From Chrysomallon squamiferum (Eukaryota; Animalia; Mollusca): 64,000 nucleotides of DNA. The stretch covers positions 18,228,001-18,292,000 of the forward strand of contig CM022667.1 in the NCBI GenBank assembly GCA_012295275.1, given 5' to 3'. The position numbers were made by a program, and so were the translations under genes. The notes beneath the pieces were generated by a model. It was given only the letters and a program-made list of their open reading frames with translations. It did no database searches and had not been told where the DNA came from. Every line of letters starts with the position of its first letter. Within the stretch, counting starts at the first letter, position 1. This document shows, one piece after another, positions 27,666 to 40,000 of this stretch.

Positions 27666-28900
27666 TTATTTTGTTGATATGTGTATATTGTTAAAACTGA
27701 AGTTTTTTATTATAAAGAAAGAAAGAAAATTAGTTTACTTACAATAATGTGATTAAATCTGAATCAAACCATATTTAAACTGGAAATTGCAGCCATAATT
27801 ATGTTGTCTTGCTGATGTGATAATGGACATACTGTATATGAAATAATATCTCTGAGACTTTATCCATGAACCCTGCATTATCAATAAAATTAGGATTACA
27901 AATATTATTAAAATTTATATTCACCATATTTATTTATGGAATTTTGTACACATACATTTTGAACGAAACAATATTATTAATAAAATTACATCATATTTGT
28001 CAAATTTAAAATATTAAAAACATCGTAAACATTTATAAAATGAAACCGACATTTTTTAAAATAATAATAATCATAATAAATGACAGAACACTGCATGTCA
28101 CGAAACAAAATCTAACGTAAGGTTATGTATGCCGTCAGGATACATGATTTAGTCTCTAAAGACAGGTTTGGTCTTTATGGTATCATCTTATCCTTGGCCT
28201 TTTTTACTTTTATCTGTAACTTCATAAACACTCACGCCCACACATTCACACATAAACACTCATCCACAATATGGCAATAACTCGATTTTCAAGGGTTTTC
28301 AATAGGGATCCTACTTGACAGTTTTTTCGGTAATTAGTATATCCTACCAAATTTTGATGGCATTCGAGCTTGTTATCGGTATTTGACAATTGCGATCGGT
28401 TGTTAACGGTAATCAGTAAAGTGAAGAAAAAACATAACTAAAAATACACAACTCTGTCGTCTGCTCTGGCGAGATTATAAATTGGTTTGTTGATCAAGAT
28501 TCTGAAACGTGATCGATAGTATCGAAAATGTTAAACATATTAATAAGAAATGTTGAAATTACGATTCTTCTGAATTGGTGCATATAATTATAAAATAGGT
28601 AATTATAACAACCAAGTAATTTGTGACAAAACTAACTTTATAATATATATATTTTTTTTTTTTTTAGAAGAAAAAAAAAATACTAATAGTAGTAGTAATA
28701 ATTAAAAAATAAATTTTATAAAAATTGCTGTTCAGATTAGATTTCGCGGAAATGTCACACTTTTGATATAAATATATATTATTTACACTGTAACTGTAAG
28801 CATATCCAGTTTATTATTTTAAAATAAAATCGATATCGAAATATATTAAAGCTGAGATTCGAATAAAATAGATAAAGATTTCTGTGGCAGCATGCACATT
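26400..28900. promoter_or_regulatory. CpG-retaining divergent promoter region between LRP12-like (-) and the ZNF pseudogene (+)
   Basis: Visibly higher CpG density than the CpG-depleted gene bodies; lies between two head-to-head 5' ends. TSSs not determinable. Confidence 0.55.
27635..27661. repeat. (GT)n microsatellite
   Basis: Perfect dinucleotide run. Confidence 0.95.
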
Positions 28901-31900
28901 ATTATTAATTTCGTTGAGTTTTTCTTTTTATGTTTATTCCTCATTTATATTGAGAACAGTGAATAACAACGTAAAACAAAGAAGACCAGTATAATTTTTT
29001 GATTAGTATTTTTTATAAAGAATGTCATCATGTTAAAGTCATTTACTTATTTATTTTGATTATCATTTTATTACTACTACAGGTTTTTTCAATACCATTT
29101 CATATACAGTTTGTTAACAAAACTAATGTATCCTATTTTTATTTGTACAGCATTTAAATAATTTATCAGTCTTTAATGTAGATGTATGTTTGTTACAAAC
29201 TATTTGTAATCTTGCATTGACTGGATTTCACAAATGGAATTCTTATTATTAATAATATTAAGTTATATAAGATGTTTAATAATAAGCATTTATAAAACAA
29301 GAAGAAAATAATAAACTTACTTTTCCGTAACTTACTGTATAATAGAATAATGCTCATTAAAAAATTATCTGTTTATGTAACAATTTCAGAACATGAAATG
29401 AATCAGTGATTCAGAAGAAATGATCCTATCTGACTGTATTTTATACCTGTGAACAACAGACAAATACAAATTCTTTAATAAAACATGAAAATAACCTACA
29501 GCTTGAAGCAGCATGTTTTCAGTTGATGTAAAGCATGAAACATCAAGTTAAAATTCATTTTGAAGAATGATGTGAATTTGAAAGAAGTTAGTCAAAAAGG
29601 CAAACATGATTGTCAACAAACTGATTCAAAAATCTCGAATCTGATATCAGATAACAAAAAGAAATATTTGGAATTGATATGAAAATAGGCAGTTTTGAGC
29701 AAAAAGAAACTGATGTATTAGAACAAAATGAGTTTAAACACAATATTCCAGAAACATGTTATGATGAAACAAAATACACAAAGTCTAACAAATGTGTAAA
29801 ATGTCATTATTGCAGCCATTATAGAAATGATGTCGATCACCTCAATGCAAAGCATTTGAAAGAAAAGAAATTCAAATGTCCAAATAATGGATGTGATTTT
29901 GTCACAAAATGGTGCAGAAATATACAACATCACATACTTATCCAGTGTCGAAAGGCCACATGAATGCCACATTTGCTTTTACAAATTCAAAAGGCTTGGG
30001 GATCTAAAATATCATCTCTGTCACCATAATGATGAGAAACCGATATCTTGTGACGTGTGATTTTCAATGCAAAACAAATTATGAGCTCAGTTGTCATAAG
30101 CTCAAACATTCTACAGTCCGTAAATTTGCCTGCACATTTCCAGATTGTAAGCAGAAGACAAAAACAAAATCTGATTCGACCAAGCATATGAAAACACACA
30201 CCAAAGTAAGATTATTTATCATTTATATCATTACTAGATAAACTTGAACTTATAAAGAATAATAAAAAAAAGAATTAAGCTATAACATTTTATTTTGGTT
30301 AAATTATGTTTAAAATAGTAATTATAATTAAATTAGAGTGCTTGAAAATGTTTGGGATATCAATGATAGCTCTATAAACAAAAATGTTTTTTCCGTTTTT
30401 AGGTTTATGATTATCTCTGTCCTCAATGTGGAAAAGGCTTTTATATGCAAAATAGCCTAAAATGATATGGAATGTCATCCAGACAAAAGGAATTATAAAT
30501 GTGATTTGTGCACAGTCTTTTAAAACAAAATCCACTATCAGGGCACATATGCAAATGCACAATGGAGTGAAGCCTTGGACATGTGAAATCTATTCACAAG
30601 ACTTTCTTAATAAATGGAATATGATAAAACAAAAAAACTCATGATGAAAATCGCCCATATAAATGTCCTATTTGTCCATATGGTGCAAGAGTTCGTGAGC
30701 ATCTACTAGGCCATATAGGAGCCATGCATAATAAAGGTTTTTCTTATTACTGTGAAATTTGTAAAAAGCCATGGAAGAGATTTAGCCAGCTACAAATTCA
30801 TATAAAACACATGTACAGAGGAGCTGATCTTCACTGTTTAGGAACTAGCATGAACCTAAATATTAAATTGAAACCAGAATTGAATGGTGACTGTGTAAAA
30901 ATAAAACAACGCAAGCACCAACATGGACTATCTTCTAAAACAAAATGTAAACCTCATTGTCGTGCAGATGTCATAAAAGATAACCATAAGGATCCTGTCA
31001 CAACTGATGATGTTTGTTTTGGTAAGGAAAGAAACCCAATTCCCGGTTTATGAATCCAGAAAACATGCAAGGAAAAGCATCAGAAAAGCATCAAGCCTAC
31101 TTGGAAATGAAAGAACGTAACTGTGAGAAAAAATATGGGTACAGATCAGGCTGGCTTAGGTTAAGAAAAAGGTCAAAAGCAAAGGTTTCTCATCTTACTT
31201 TACCAGAATTGAAATGTTCAGATACAGATAAAAATAATATGAAAGAGATAACCAGTAGTAACAGTAATACAAAAAATAGAGTTTTAGATAGAAAGAAAAC
31301 ATAATTCTGTGGAATTGCTGATAAAAGGTAAAAAGAAATTGATGATAATGAGAAAAAGTAACAGACATCAGCACCATCAGAAGAATTTTTTAGTGAGTCT
31401 GTTGCAGCAGTTCAAAGTAATTTTTACAGTAGAAGTGTTAGACTATTGGGTAAACATTTGAGTGCTGAACCACAGCAAAACAATACCACTTGCCGAATTT
31501 TTTCTTGTTCTCTACAAAATAGCAAATTCAAACAGTCAGAAAATAGTTATCCAAAAAGAAATAAAATTGAAAATATTGTAGACAAGTTAAAAGGTAAAAA
31601 AGTTGATTCTTAAAATGCATAAGTGACAAAGTTTCACCAAACCTGCAAAAGAAAAGTGCAGAAACCCCAAAATTCAAAGGCTGAAAAGTCTGCAGACGGT
31701 GTCTCAAACATTCAGCAAATAACTTTAGCAGAAGAAAGACAACAAAGTTCAAATGAATCAGACATTTTCTGAAATGAAAAAGTATAAAATACCTAAATCA
31801 GACATTAGGATTTTCAAATCTAATTTAAAACCAGATAAATATGAAAATGTAAGAAAACCAGACAAGATTAAAAATAATGAGAAAAAGGTTCTTGGTAAAG

Positions 31901-32505
31901 ACAATGGTGCAAACAGTATTTCCTATAATTCAGAGGTTAAATGAGTTTAAAAAGTTGGAAAGTGCAAAGATGTTATTAATATTTGTTTGAAAAACAAACT
32001 ACTTGATAAAATTGCCAATTACCAGTCTGTGAAAGATGAATTAACTGATGATTTTTATCTCTCTATTAATCCTCGATATAAAACTCAAAATTCAATTATA
32101 TCTGTGATGAATCAGAAACCTGTATTGCAGAAAAGATGAAACTAAAAATGAAAAGTGTATAAAGCCCAAAATAAAAAAAATCACCTATCAGGATAAATTT
32201 TGAAAACAAATTTACAGATGCAAAGAAAATGAAAAAAATTAATGGTACTAAAAATGTCAATGGGTCATTCCGTGTCAAATCACCCCCCAAAAAAAAGAAA
32301 TTTAAACCCAACCGTCTCAGATTTTTATAAAATTTGGTATACTTGTTGACTGGGGTCCCACAGCACCAAATCTGAAATGTTAGCCCAATCAGACCAGTGG
32401 TGTGGGAGATATGGCCCACCGAATTTTGAGATTTTTGTCAACCTTAGAACCCTCATATCTCAGGAACTACTGGGCCAATCTTCATAAAATTGGTATTGTT
32501 AGAAA

Positions 32506-33143
32506 GGCAAAGTGACAAGGATACCAAATCTGCCATTTTTGTTTAGTTTGGAAAATACTGGAGTACCTTGACCTTCTGACCTTTGCTATGACCTTGAAAT
32601 TGACCGTGTGGATCACGTGATCTTGAGATAACCTTTATTGAAATTTAATCTCCCACATGTTAACTAAAACATATAAAAGTTTCCTGGCTGTAATATTTTT
32701 TGTTTAGCCATTTATAGATTTAAAAAATGCACATACATGAAAATAACACCTTTTCAGCCATTAACATCTGATTAACTAAAACCTGAATGATCAATTCTGG
32801 ATGCTAGGGATCACCATCTTTCTTGGCAAAGTGACAAGGATACCAAATCTGCCATTTTTGTTTAGTTTGGAAAATACTGGAGTACCTTGACCTTCTGACC
32901 TTTGCTATGACCTTGAAATTGACCGTGTGGATCACGTGATCTTGAGATAACCTTTATTGAAATTTAATCTCCCACATGTTAACTAAAACATATAAAAGTT
33001 TCCTGGCTGTAATATTTTTTGTTTAGCCATTTATAGATTTAAAAAATGCACATACATGAAAATAACACCTTTTCAGCCATTAACATCTGATTAACTAAAA
33101 CCTGAATGATCAATTCTGGATGCTAGGGATCACCATCTTTCTT
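32506..33143. repeat. 319-bp direct tandem duplication inside the left TIR
   Basis: 32506-32824 and 32825-33143 appear identical by eye (ggcaaagtgacaaggatacc ... caccatctttctt). Confidence 0.93.
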
Positions 33144-33165
33144 GATCATCAAGTAAGACATTGTA

Positions 33166-33987
33166 GGCCTACATGTATGCATAAAGTTCACATAAATTTG
33201 AGAGAACTAGGTGTTTCTGATGCTTAACCTTCTCACTATGTTTGTTTCAAATGATCACTGTATCCTTCATTCCCAGACACATTCTACTGTTCTCATCACT
33301 TTCATAAAATTGGATTATTTCCTCCTTCAATTCATTGTCCTTTCAATGGTAAAGGGTTACAAAATCAAGATTTGCACACACTCTGGGTAGGATTCAGACA
33401 TTAAGATGTCATTTTAATGTTACTGTAGCTGATGCTAGTTTTTTCTGTCCTTTCATTCATTTACTGGAATGTGCTAATGAATGGAGTTTGACAGGAGTTT
33501 CGCCTAAACTCGACAGAATAGAATTCAAATCAAAGTCCTTTTCTGGGGAAACAACAACCAGCGGTTTGCCTGGTAAGTTATCATCAAATTCTCCCATTGT
33601 AATACCACCCATTTTAAAGCCATCCTCTGCAGGACTTTTGATTTCTGAAGGGTAATCAGACAGTCACAGCACAACTTGTCTCCTGGCACTAGTGTCTTTG
33701 GAGGATTTACTAAGCATTTGTAAGTGCCCATGCTAACAATTCTTAAAGATCTAGTGTGTACTTGCTCAGGGTGGCGATTAAGGGGATCACAACAGTTTTT
33801 CTGCAATGTTGAAAATTTGATGAAAAGTTCTTGTTCATGATACTCTTGATGTCCCGTATTTTGATCCCACTTCAAAGAGTGAGGAGTTCGACTTCCTCAG
33901 TTTTCCATACACTTCGCAACAACTCCTTTTTAATATGATGGTGTTGATAACACACATTTTCAGGAGAGTTAAAGCTGCAGTTAGCCC
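33166..33987 (-). pseudogene. Truncated, frameshifted transposase N-terminal half (no catalytic core visible)
   Basis: After an acceptor at 33988: ANCSFNSPENVCYQHH..ELLTL, EYHEQELFIKFSTLQKNCCDPLNRH..LVPGDKLCCDC, SLGETPVKLHSL, EEIIQFYESDENSRMCLGMKDTVII*..KHQKHLVLSNLCELYAYM*, then TIR sequence. Confidence 0.75.
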
Positions 33988-36900
33988 TGGAAGAAATAAG
34001 GATTTTCAGTATTGGCCTGCACCTTCAATTCAATAGAACAAAGTCAGTCTTTCCTAAATATTAAATCAAATCCTGAAACCCTTTCAGTAAAGTTAAGCAG
34101 GTCATAAAATGGCAGCAGAGTACATGTGTTATTGCCAAAGGCCCACAAGTCTTGGGCATTTATGTCAATCTTCTCAAGTATAAATCACAGTTTATTAAGG
34201 TGAAGTAGGCCTTGTTCATACTCTGTGCCGAAGACTGGGTGTACAAATACATTATGCAGTACATCACTTGATGACGTCTGATTTCAGACTGGGTTGTACT
34301 GTTGTTGACTGAAACCTTGTTCAAAACCAATGGCAAGGCCCACATGACATGATAAAATTACTTAATAGGTTTTATGAAATAAAACTATTGTTTATATATC
34401 AACATCTGACATTGTGTCCAATTTAAAAAGCTTCAGATTGTCAAAGAAATGCAGATGAAGAAACTTCTTTGTCTTAAACTTCTAATTGCCATGTGCTCAA
34501 TGGGGATTGCACCAGGGAATCTAAAGGAGTTCCTGGCCTGCCTGAAGCATCACTTCCTGTTAACCCTTTGAGCCTGATTGTGTAGAACATGTCATGCCAT
34601 TTGGCATCTTTTCATATCCTTCAGGAATTCCTTCAGACATGTCAGGTGGGTTTTAACTCCAAAGATGAGTTTTTAGTCTCAGAGAAAATGTACATTGTAA
34701 TGCATTGTATCAATCATCCATGCAGGTATGCATTTGTTTAAATCTCTATTATGGCTAAACAAAAAATATTATACCCTGGAAACTTTTATATGTGAACTTT
34801 ATGCATACATGTAGGCCTACAATGTCTTACTTGATGATCAAGAAAGATGGTGATTCCTAGCATCCAGAATTGATCATTCAGGTTTTAGTTAATCAGGTGT
34901 TTAGAAAAGGTGTTATTTTCATGTATGTGCATTTTTTAAATCTATATTGTGGCTAAACAAAAAATATTACACCCAGGAAACTTTTATATGTTTTAGTTAA
35001 CATGTGGGAGATTAAATTTCAATAAAGGTTATCTCAAGATCACGTGATCCACACGGTCAATTTCAAGGTCATAGCAAAGGTCAGAAGGTCAAGGTACTCC
35101 AGTATTTTCCAAACTAAACAAAAATGGCAGATTTGGTATCCTTGTCATTTTCCCTTTCTAACTACCAATTTTATGAAGATTGGCCCAGTAGTTCCTGAGA
35201 TATGAGGGTTCTAAGGTTAGTAGTCACACCCATTTTTGGCAAAAATCTCAAAATTCGGTGGGCTATATCTCCCACACCACTGGTCTGATTGAGCTAAAAT
35301 TTCAGATTTGGTGCTGTGGGATCCCAGTCAACAAGTATACCAAGTTTCATAAAAATCTGAGACGTTCGGGTTTAAACCATTGGGTGATTTGACACGGAAT
35401 GACCCTAATATTTCACAAGCATCCAAGAAAAAGGAATTAGTGTACCAAACTCCGTATCAGCAAAAAATAAAAGAACAAAACAGAAGTCTGAACACCAGAG
35501 CTGGTTCATAGAAATTGAAAGAGCTGATGCAGATGGAATTGTAGACAATATGTCATTTATTAAATTTGAGTAAAATGTTCCAGGATTTGAATACACTGGT
35601 AAACAGATTGATAAATCAGTTAGTTTAAATGATCTAAATTTAGAAGATACAAAATCCATACCTTTCCAAACTAATTTGAAATCTGAAGATATCAACATGT
35701 ATATGGAACATGCCCAAGCATGGGGTGTACAGACTACTCATTGTATAAATAGTGACATGTTTTCTCACATTGTTAAGGGAGAAACAGCTGAGAGTGTCAG
35801 TAAAACTGGAATTTAAACAAAGCTTTTTATATCTATTCATCACAAGATATTAAGTATCACTTTGATCCCAATGTTATGACTGATCAAGAGTCTACACTTT
35901 CAAATAAAGATACTGGAGTCAGAAATCTTAAAATGAATGACGTAAATGAAATTTATCATTTTAATAAGAAATCAAATATTAAAAGCGAAAAGATAGGCCA
36001 TTCTGAAGTATCTAGAATAAAATGTAATGAGGTTTCAAGCAATTCAAACTCTCAAATAATTATTTTTGAAAATAATGACACCATATTTGTTCCTACATTT
36101 TCTCTATCTGAAATAGGAAATGGTGTCGATATATACTTGACAGAACATGTTAATCTTATTTCAAGTCCCTCTGGTACTCAATTAAACAAAATGGACTAGA
36201 GCAACTGGTGAAGGTTTCACCGATATGTTAAGTAATGAAAAGTCTTTCAAGATACTCAGTCTGTCACCAGGAAGATGTAAATCATAATTCGGATGCAGAA
36301 CCTAAGATAGCCATTACTATGATGGAATCCAGTAAAGAAATAGAAAAGTGTAGTTTTGAAAGGACTGACTTCTGTCAGACACCTCCATTTATTAATGTTA
36401 ATGAAATGCAAGCAGAGATGTCTCTTGTAATACACAATGTATCTTATAAAATTGTACTTGCTGATTCAGGCATAAAGTAATATAAAGAATTGCTATATAG
36501 AGTATTAAGAGAGAGAAAGACTATCAGTAATATAGAAATAAAGCTATATACTGTCCACAAGGAGGCTGAATATAAAAGTAAGAAAGGTCTAAAATTATTT
36601 CTAATCAAAATAACTACTCCAGTTGTTATCTATATCGGTTATGGAAAAACAATATAAGCATCATTCAATTACATTTATATTTATTTATGATGCATCATAC
36701 AAAAATACAGTGTTAACATGATACTTTGTTTCATATAAAAATCTTTATTTCATTATTCTGAACCATCTGTTTTAGAATGATTCATAACTTATAAGTTCCT
36801 GATAAATGTTTAAATTGGTATCATTTATGTCTCTAGATTCATTCAAATTGTGTATCATTCATCAGTTTAGGAAACTGAACTAAATGATTTGCATTCACTA

Positions 36901-37076
36901 GACTACGTGAATGAAGACTGTCACATTCATAAATAGATATTGAAATATGTGAAACATTTCAGCTGTTTCAACGTAATTAATAAACTGAAGGAATAATTTG
37001 GAGTAGTTTATTTCCTTTTTAATAGAATAGCAGTTATTTTGTAAAAAAAAAAAATATTTTTATAATTTTGTCATTG

Positions 37077-40000
37077 TTATGTATAAACTCTAATTGTCCC
37101 ATCTGCACCACTTGAGAATATCCATGGTTGAGAAGGATGAAACTGACAATCAAGTACGCCCAGACTATTAGTTGTTACATGACCTTTTAGAACTTTAACT
37201 GGCACAATCAGTGGATTCTGCAGCAAATCACTGAAAAAGACAGAACAAAATAAGGGATTACAATACACCACACTGAGTGATTTGTTAGCAAAAACAGGTC
37301 AGGAAAGTTTCAGTGGAAATGTCTAAAAAGAATATGTTTTCAGTTAACAGTCTTTACTTCTTGTAATTGTATTATTAAGACACCAAACATTAATCCTGGT
37401 TTTATGATAGTAAAGTATAATTAATGTATGCAGCAAATTATCTGACAAAATGTTTAAATATTTTAAAGGTATATTAACAGTAACAGTGCAATTTTCGTAA
37501 CATTTACCTGTAAACCATTCCATGGCACACAATAACACTTCCATCATCTGAAGCTGAAGCAAACAGTGGGTACCGTTTATGGTAAGTAACCTGTCGTAAT
37601 GCTTTCTTATGATGTCTGAAATAATTGTTTATAGAAATGACTTAAAACATGCATTATCAATAAGGAAAAATATAATAATAAAATATATCAAATTAGAAAA
37701 TGGAATGTATATGTAAAGATTCTTAACAATAATTTAGTCATTTCAAACACAACTGTTATTTTGCCTTTTGAATGTAATGCATTCTTCATATTTTTTATTT
37801 TCTTGTACTAGGAGCGTTTTTATGCCGTAAGTTAGTGACAGTAAATGCTTAATTTTTTTCCCCCTTACATTTCTTTGAAAAACATTAATTTATTAAAGTT
37901 GATAAAGTAATTAAATAAATTTATCATTTCATAATAACTACACTGACTTGAGTGTCTGATATGGTTTTGTGGAAAGATCTAGGTCAAACCAGCTAAGCCT
38001 GCTATCGTAACTTCCAATAAGAACATTATCACCTAATTAAAAAAAGAAAAAAGTTTGGTGGAATTGGAAATAATACAGATTTTAGAATTAAAAGAACTTA
38101 CCAAACAAAACAATAAATATCAAAATTGAAATACAGTGGTACCTTGACTTACTAGTTTAATTTTTTCCATGGCCAAGCTTGTAACTCAATTTGCTCCTAT
38201 ATCAAATACATATTCCCAACAGTAATATATTGAAATATCATTAATCTGTTCCAGCCCCTCAAAAACCACCCCAATTTTTTGTAGTGTTTTTAAATAAGAA
38301 AAATGTATTTATAAATGACAAATATTGTATAAAAAAAAAAAAAAATAATAAAGAATGTAAAGAAATAAATTGGTTTTATAAAGTGTACAGGGTTAGGGTT
38401 TCTCCATTTTTTCATGGACAGAGGCCTGCAGCTTAGAAATTATTTTAATGCCTTTCACTGGAGTTATAGCTTTATCGATTCCTACTTTTGTAGAAGTACT
38501 ATGCTTGTACTGCATAGCCAAGTCAACTACAAGCACACCTCGCATGTTTTTCTTTGATTTCATGCTTTAATTCAATGGACATCAGCTGCTTCTTCTTCTC
38601 AGCACTGCCCTTTGCACTCATTTTCTTAGGATCCATGGTCATGGATCCACTGAAATTTGGCAAAAAAAATGCACAAAACGCAAGCACAATATGACAGAGA
38701 TGCTTTCATGGTGAGGTAATGATATGAAGCAAACAATGATATGGCTAGCAATTCAAAGCACAAAATGGACTGGCATACTGCTCGTAACTCGGAAAACTCA
38801 TAATTTCGAGCACTTGTAAGTCAAGGTACCATTGTATAGCATTTCATAACAATGATTTTGTGTTTAACATTAATTGGCTTTAATATATTTTGAAAAAAGT
38901 CAAAGAAACCCAGAATTTAATAATCACTTAAACCATACCTCCTGGATGAATTGCAAGACTTGACACCCACTTGCAGTTAGTCATCAGTTTCTTTGTCAGC
39001 TCCTGTTTCAAAAGGTTGTAAATCCTAACATACCTTTGAGTCTGTGAACAAGCAAATCAAAAAAGTAAGACCATATTACCTGCATTTTAATATACACAGT
39101 TAATAAATTACCTTTTAATCCTGACCTATTCCAGTTATTTTGGTAAATGATCTGACATCATTACTGAGCCATTCCACCAAGAGAATATTAAAGGGACCTT
39201 AATTTTCTATAAAGCGTTCATGTAAACAAGATACACAACTTGCAAACCAATTAACTGTTTAAATCCAAAAAGCGCATGCTTCCGATTTGTCTTATTTTTA
39301 ATACAACAATATTAAATGATAAAAATGACTTAAATACTGGATTGACTATTAGATACTCACTGCCACAAGAAGATATGGTCTAATTGGATGAAAGTGAACA
39401 CATTGCACAAGACCTTTTGACTTCCTGAAAGGATTCTGTAAAAGAAAAAAATTAAATAGTTGTGGTTTTTAACAATGCATTTACTTTTCACAAATAGAAA
39501 ATAGTTACTCTGAGAACACATTTCAAGAATGTTCTAAACTATTTATTGATAACTTTGTTACATTGTATGGAAAGCTTTTCAAATACCTGAGAGCGTCGTT
39601 TTGACAACTGATGAATAAGAACAGACATACTGTCTCCTTTTGGCATCACAGTAGCCAGGTAATCTCCTTTCATGTGCCATGTCACTTGAGACACTTCCTG
39701 AAATAAAATATGATATAAAAAGTCTGGGAAACTGGATCAAAGTCTAGATTTCATTTGTTAAATAAATGTAACAATAGCAGGATGTTTATAATAATACTTT
39801 TTTTTTTTTTTTGTAGAGTGTCAGCAGTTTTTAAGTACATAAGCTTATTGGAAATGACTCTTGGGGAAGAATAGTATTTTTTTGTTGCTGATGTGTTTTT
39901 ACTGTGTAATATTATTATTATTATCTGACTGATTATAACAATAATTAGATCAGATCAGAATGTTTTAAAATAAACTATCTTTAGATGTTGTCTTCTTATA

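Larger units (their letters stand above)
32262..35405 (-). mobile_element. Internally deleted Sola2-like DNA transposon with ~600-bp TIRs
   Basis: Termini gggtcattccgtgtcaaatcaccc ... gggtgatttgacacggaatgaccc; 4-bp flanks caat/taat (TSD with one mismatch); very long TIRs and a decayed minus-strand transposase 5' part. GRG..CYC ends, long TIRs and a 4-bp TSD match the described Sola2 group. Confidence 0.8.
29390..36600 (+). pseudogene. Unprocessed C2H2 zinc-finger pseudogene (~10 fingers plus a long low-complexity tail), interrupted by a transposon at 32262-35405
   Basis: Fingers lie in shifting frames: KCVKCHYC..HLNAKH, FKCPNNGCDF, HECHICFYKFKRLGDLKYHLCHH, CDFQCKTNYELSCHKLKH, FACTFPDC..HMKTH, YLCPQCGKGF..*, CAQSFKTKSTIRAHMQMH, PWTCEI, PYKCPICPY..HIGAMH, YYCEICKK..IHIKHM. 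Retained GT-AG intron 30206-30402, acceptor at 29389, many stops and frameshifts. Outer limits approximate. Confidence 0.85.
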
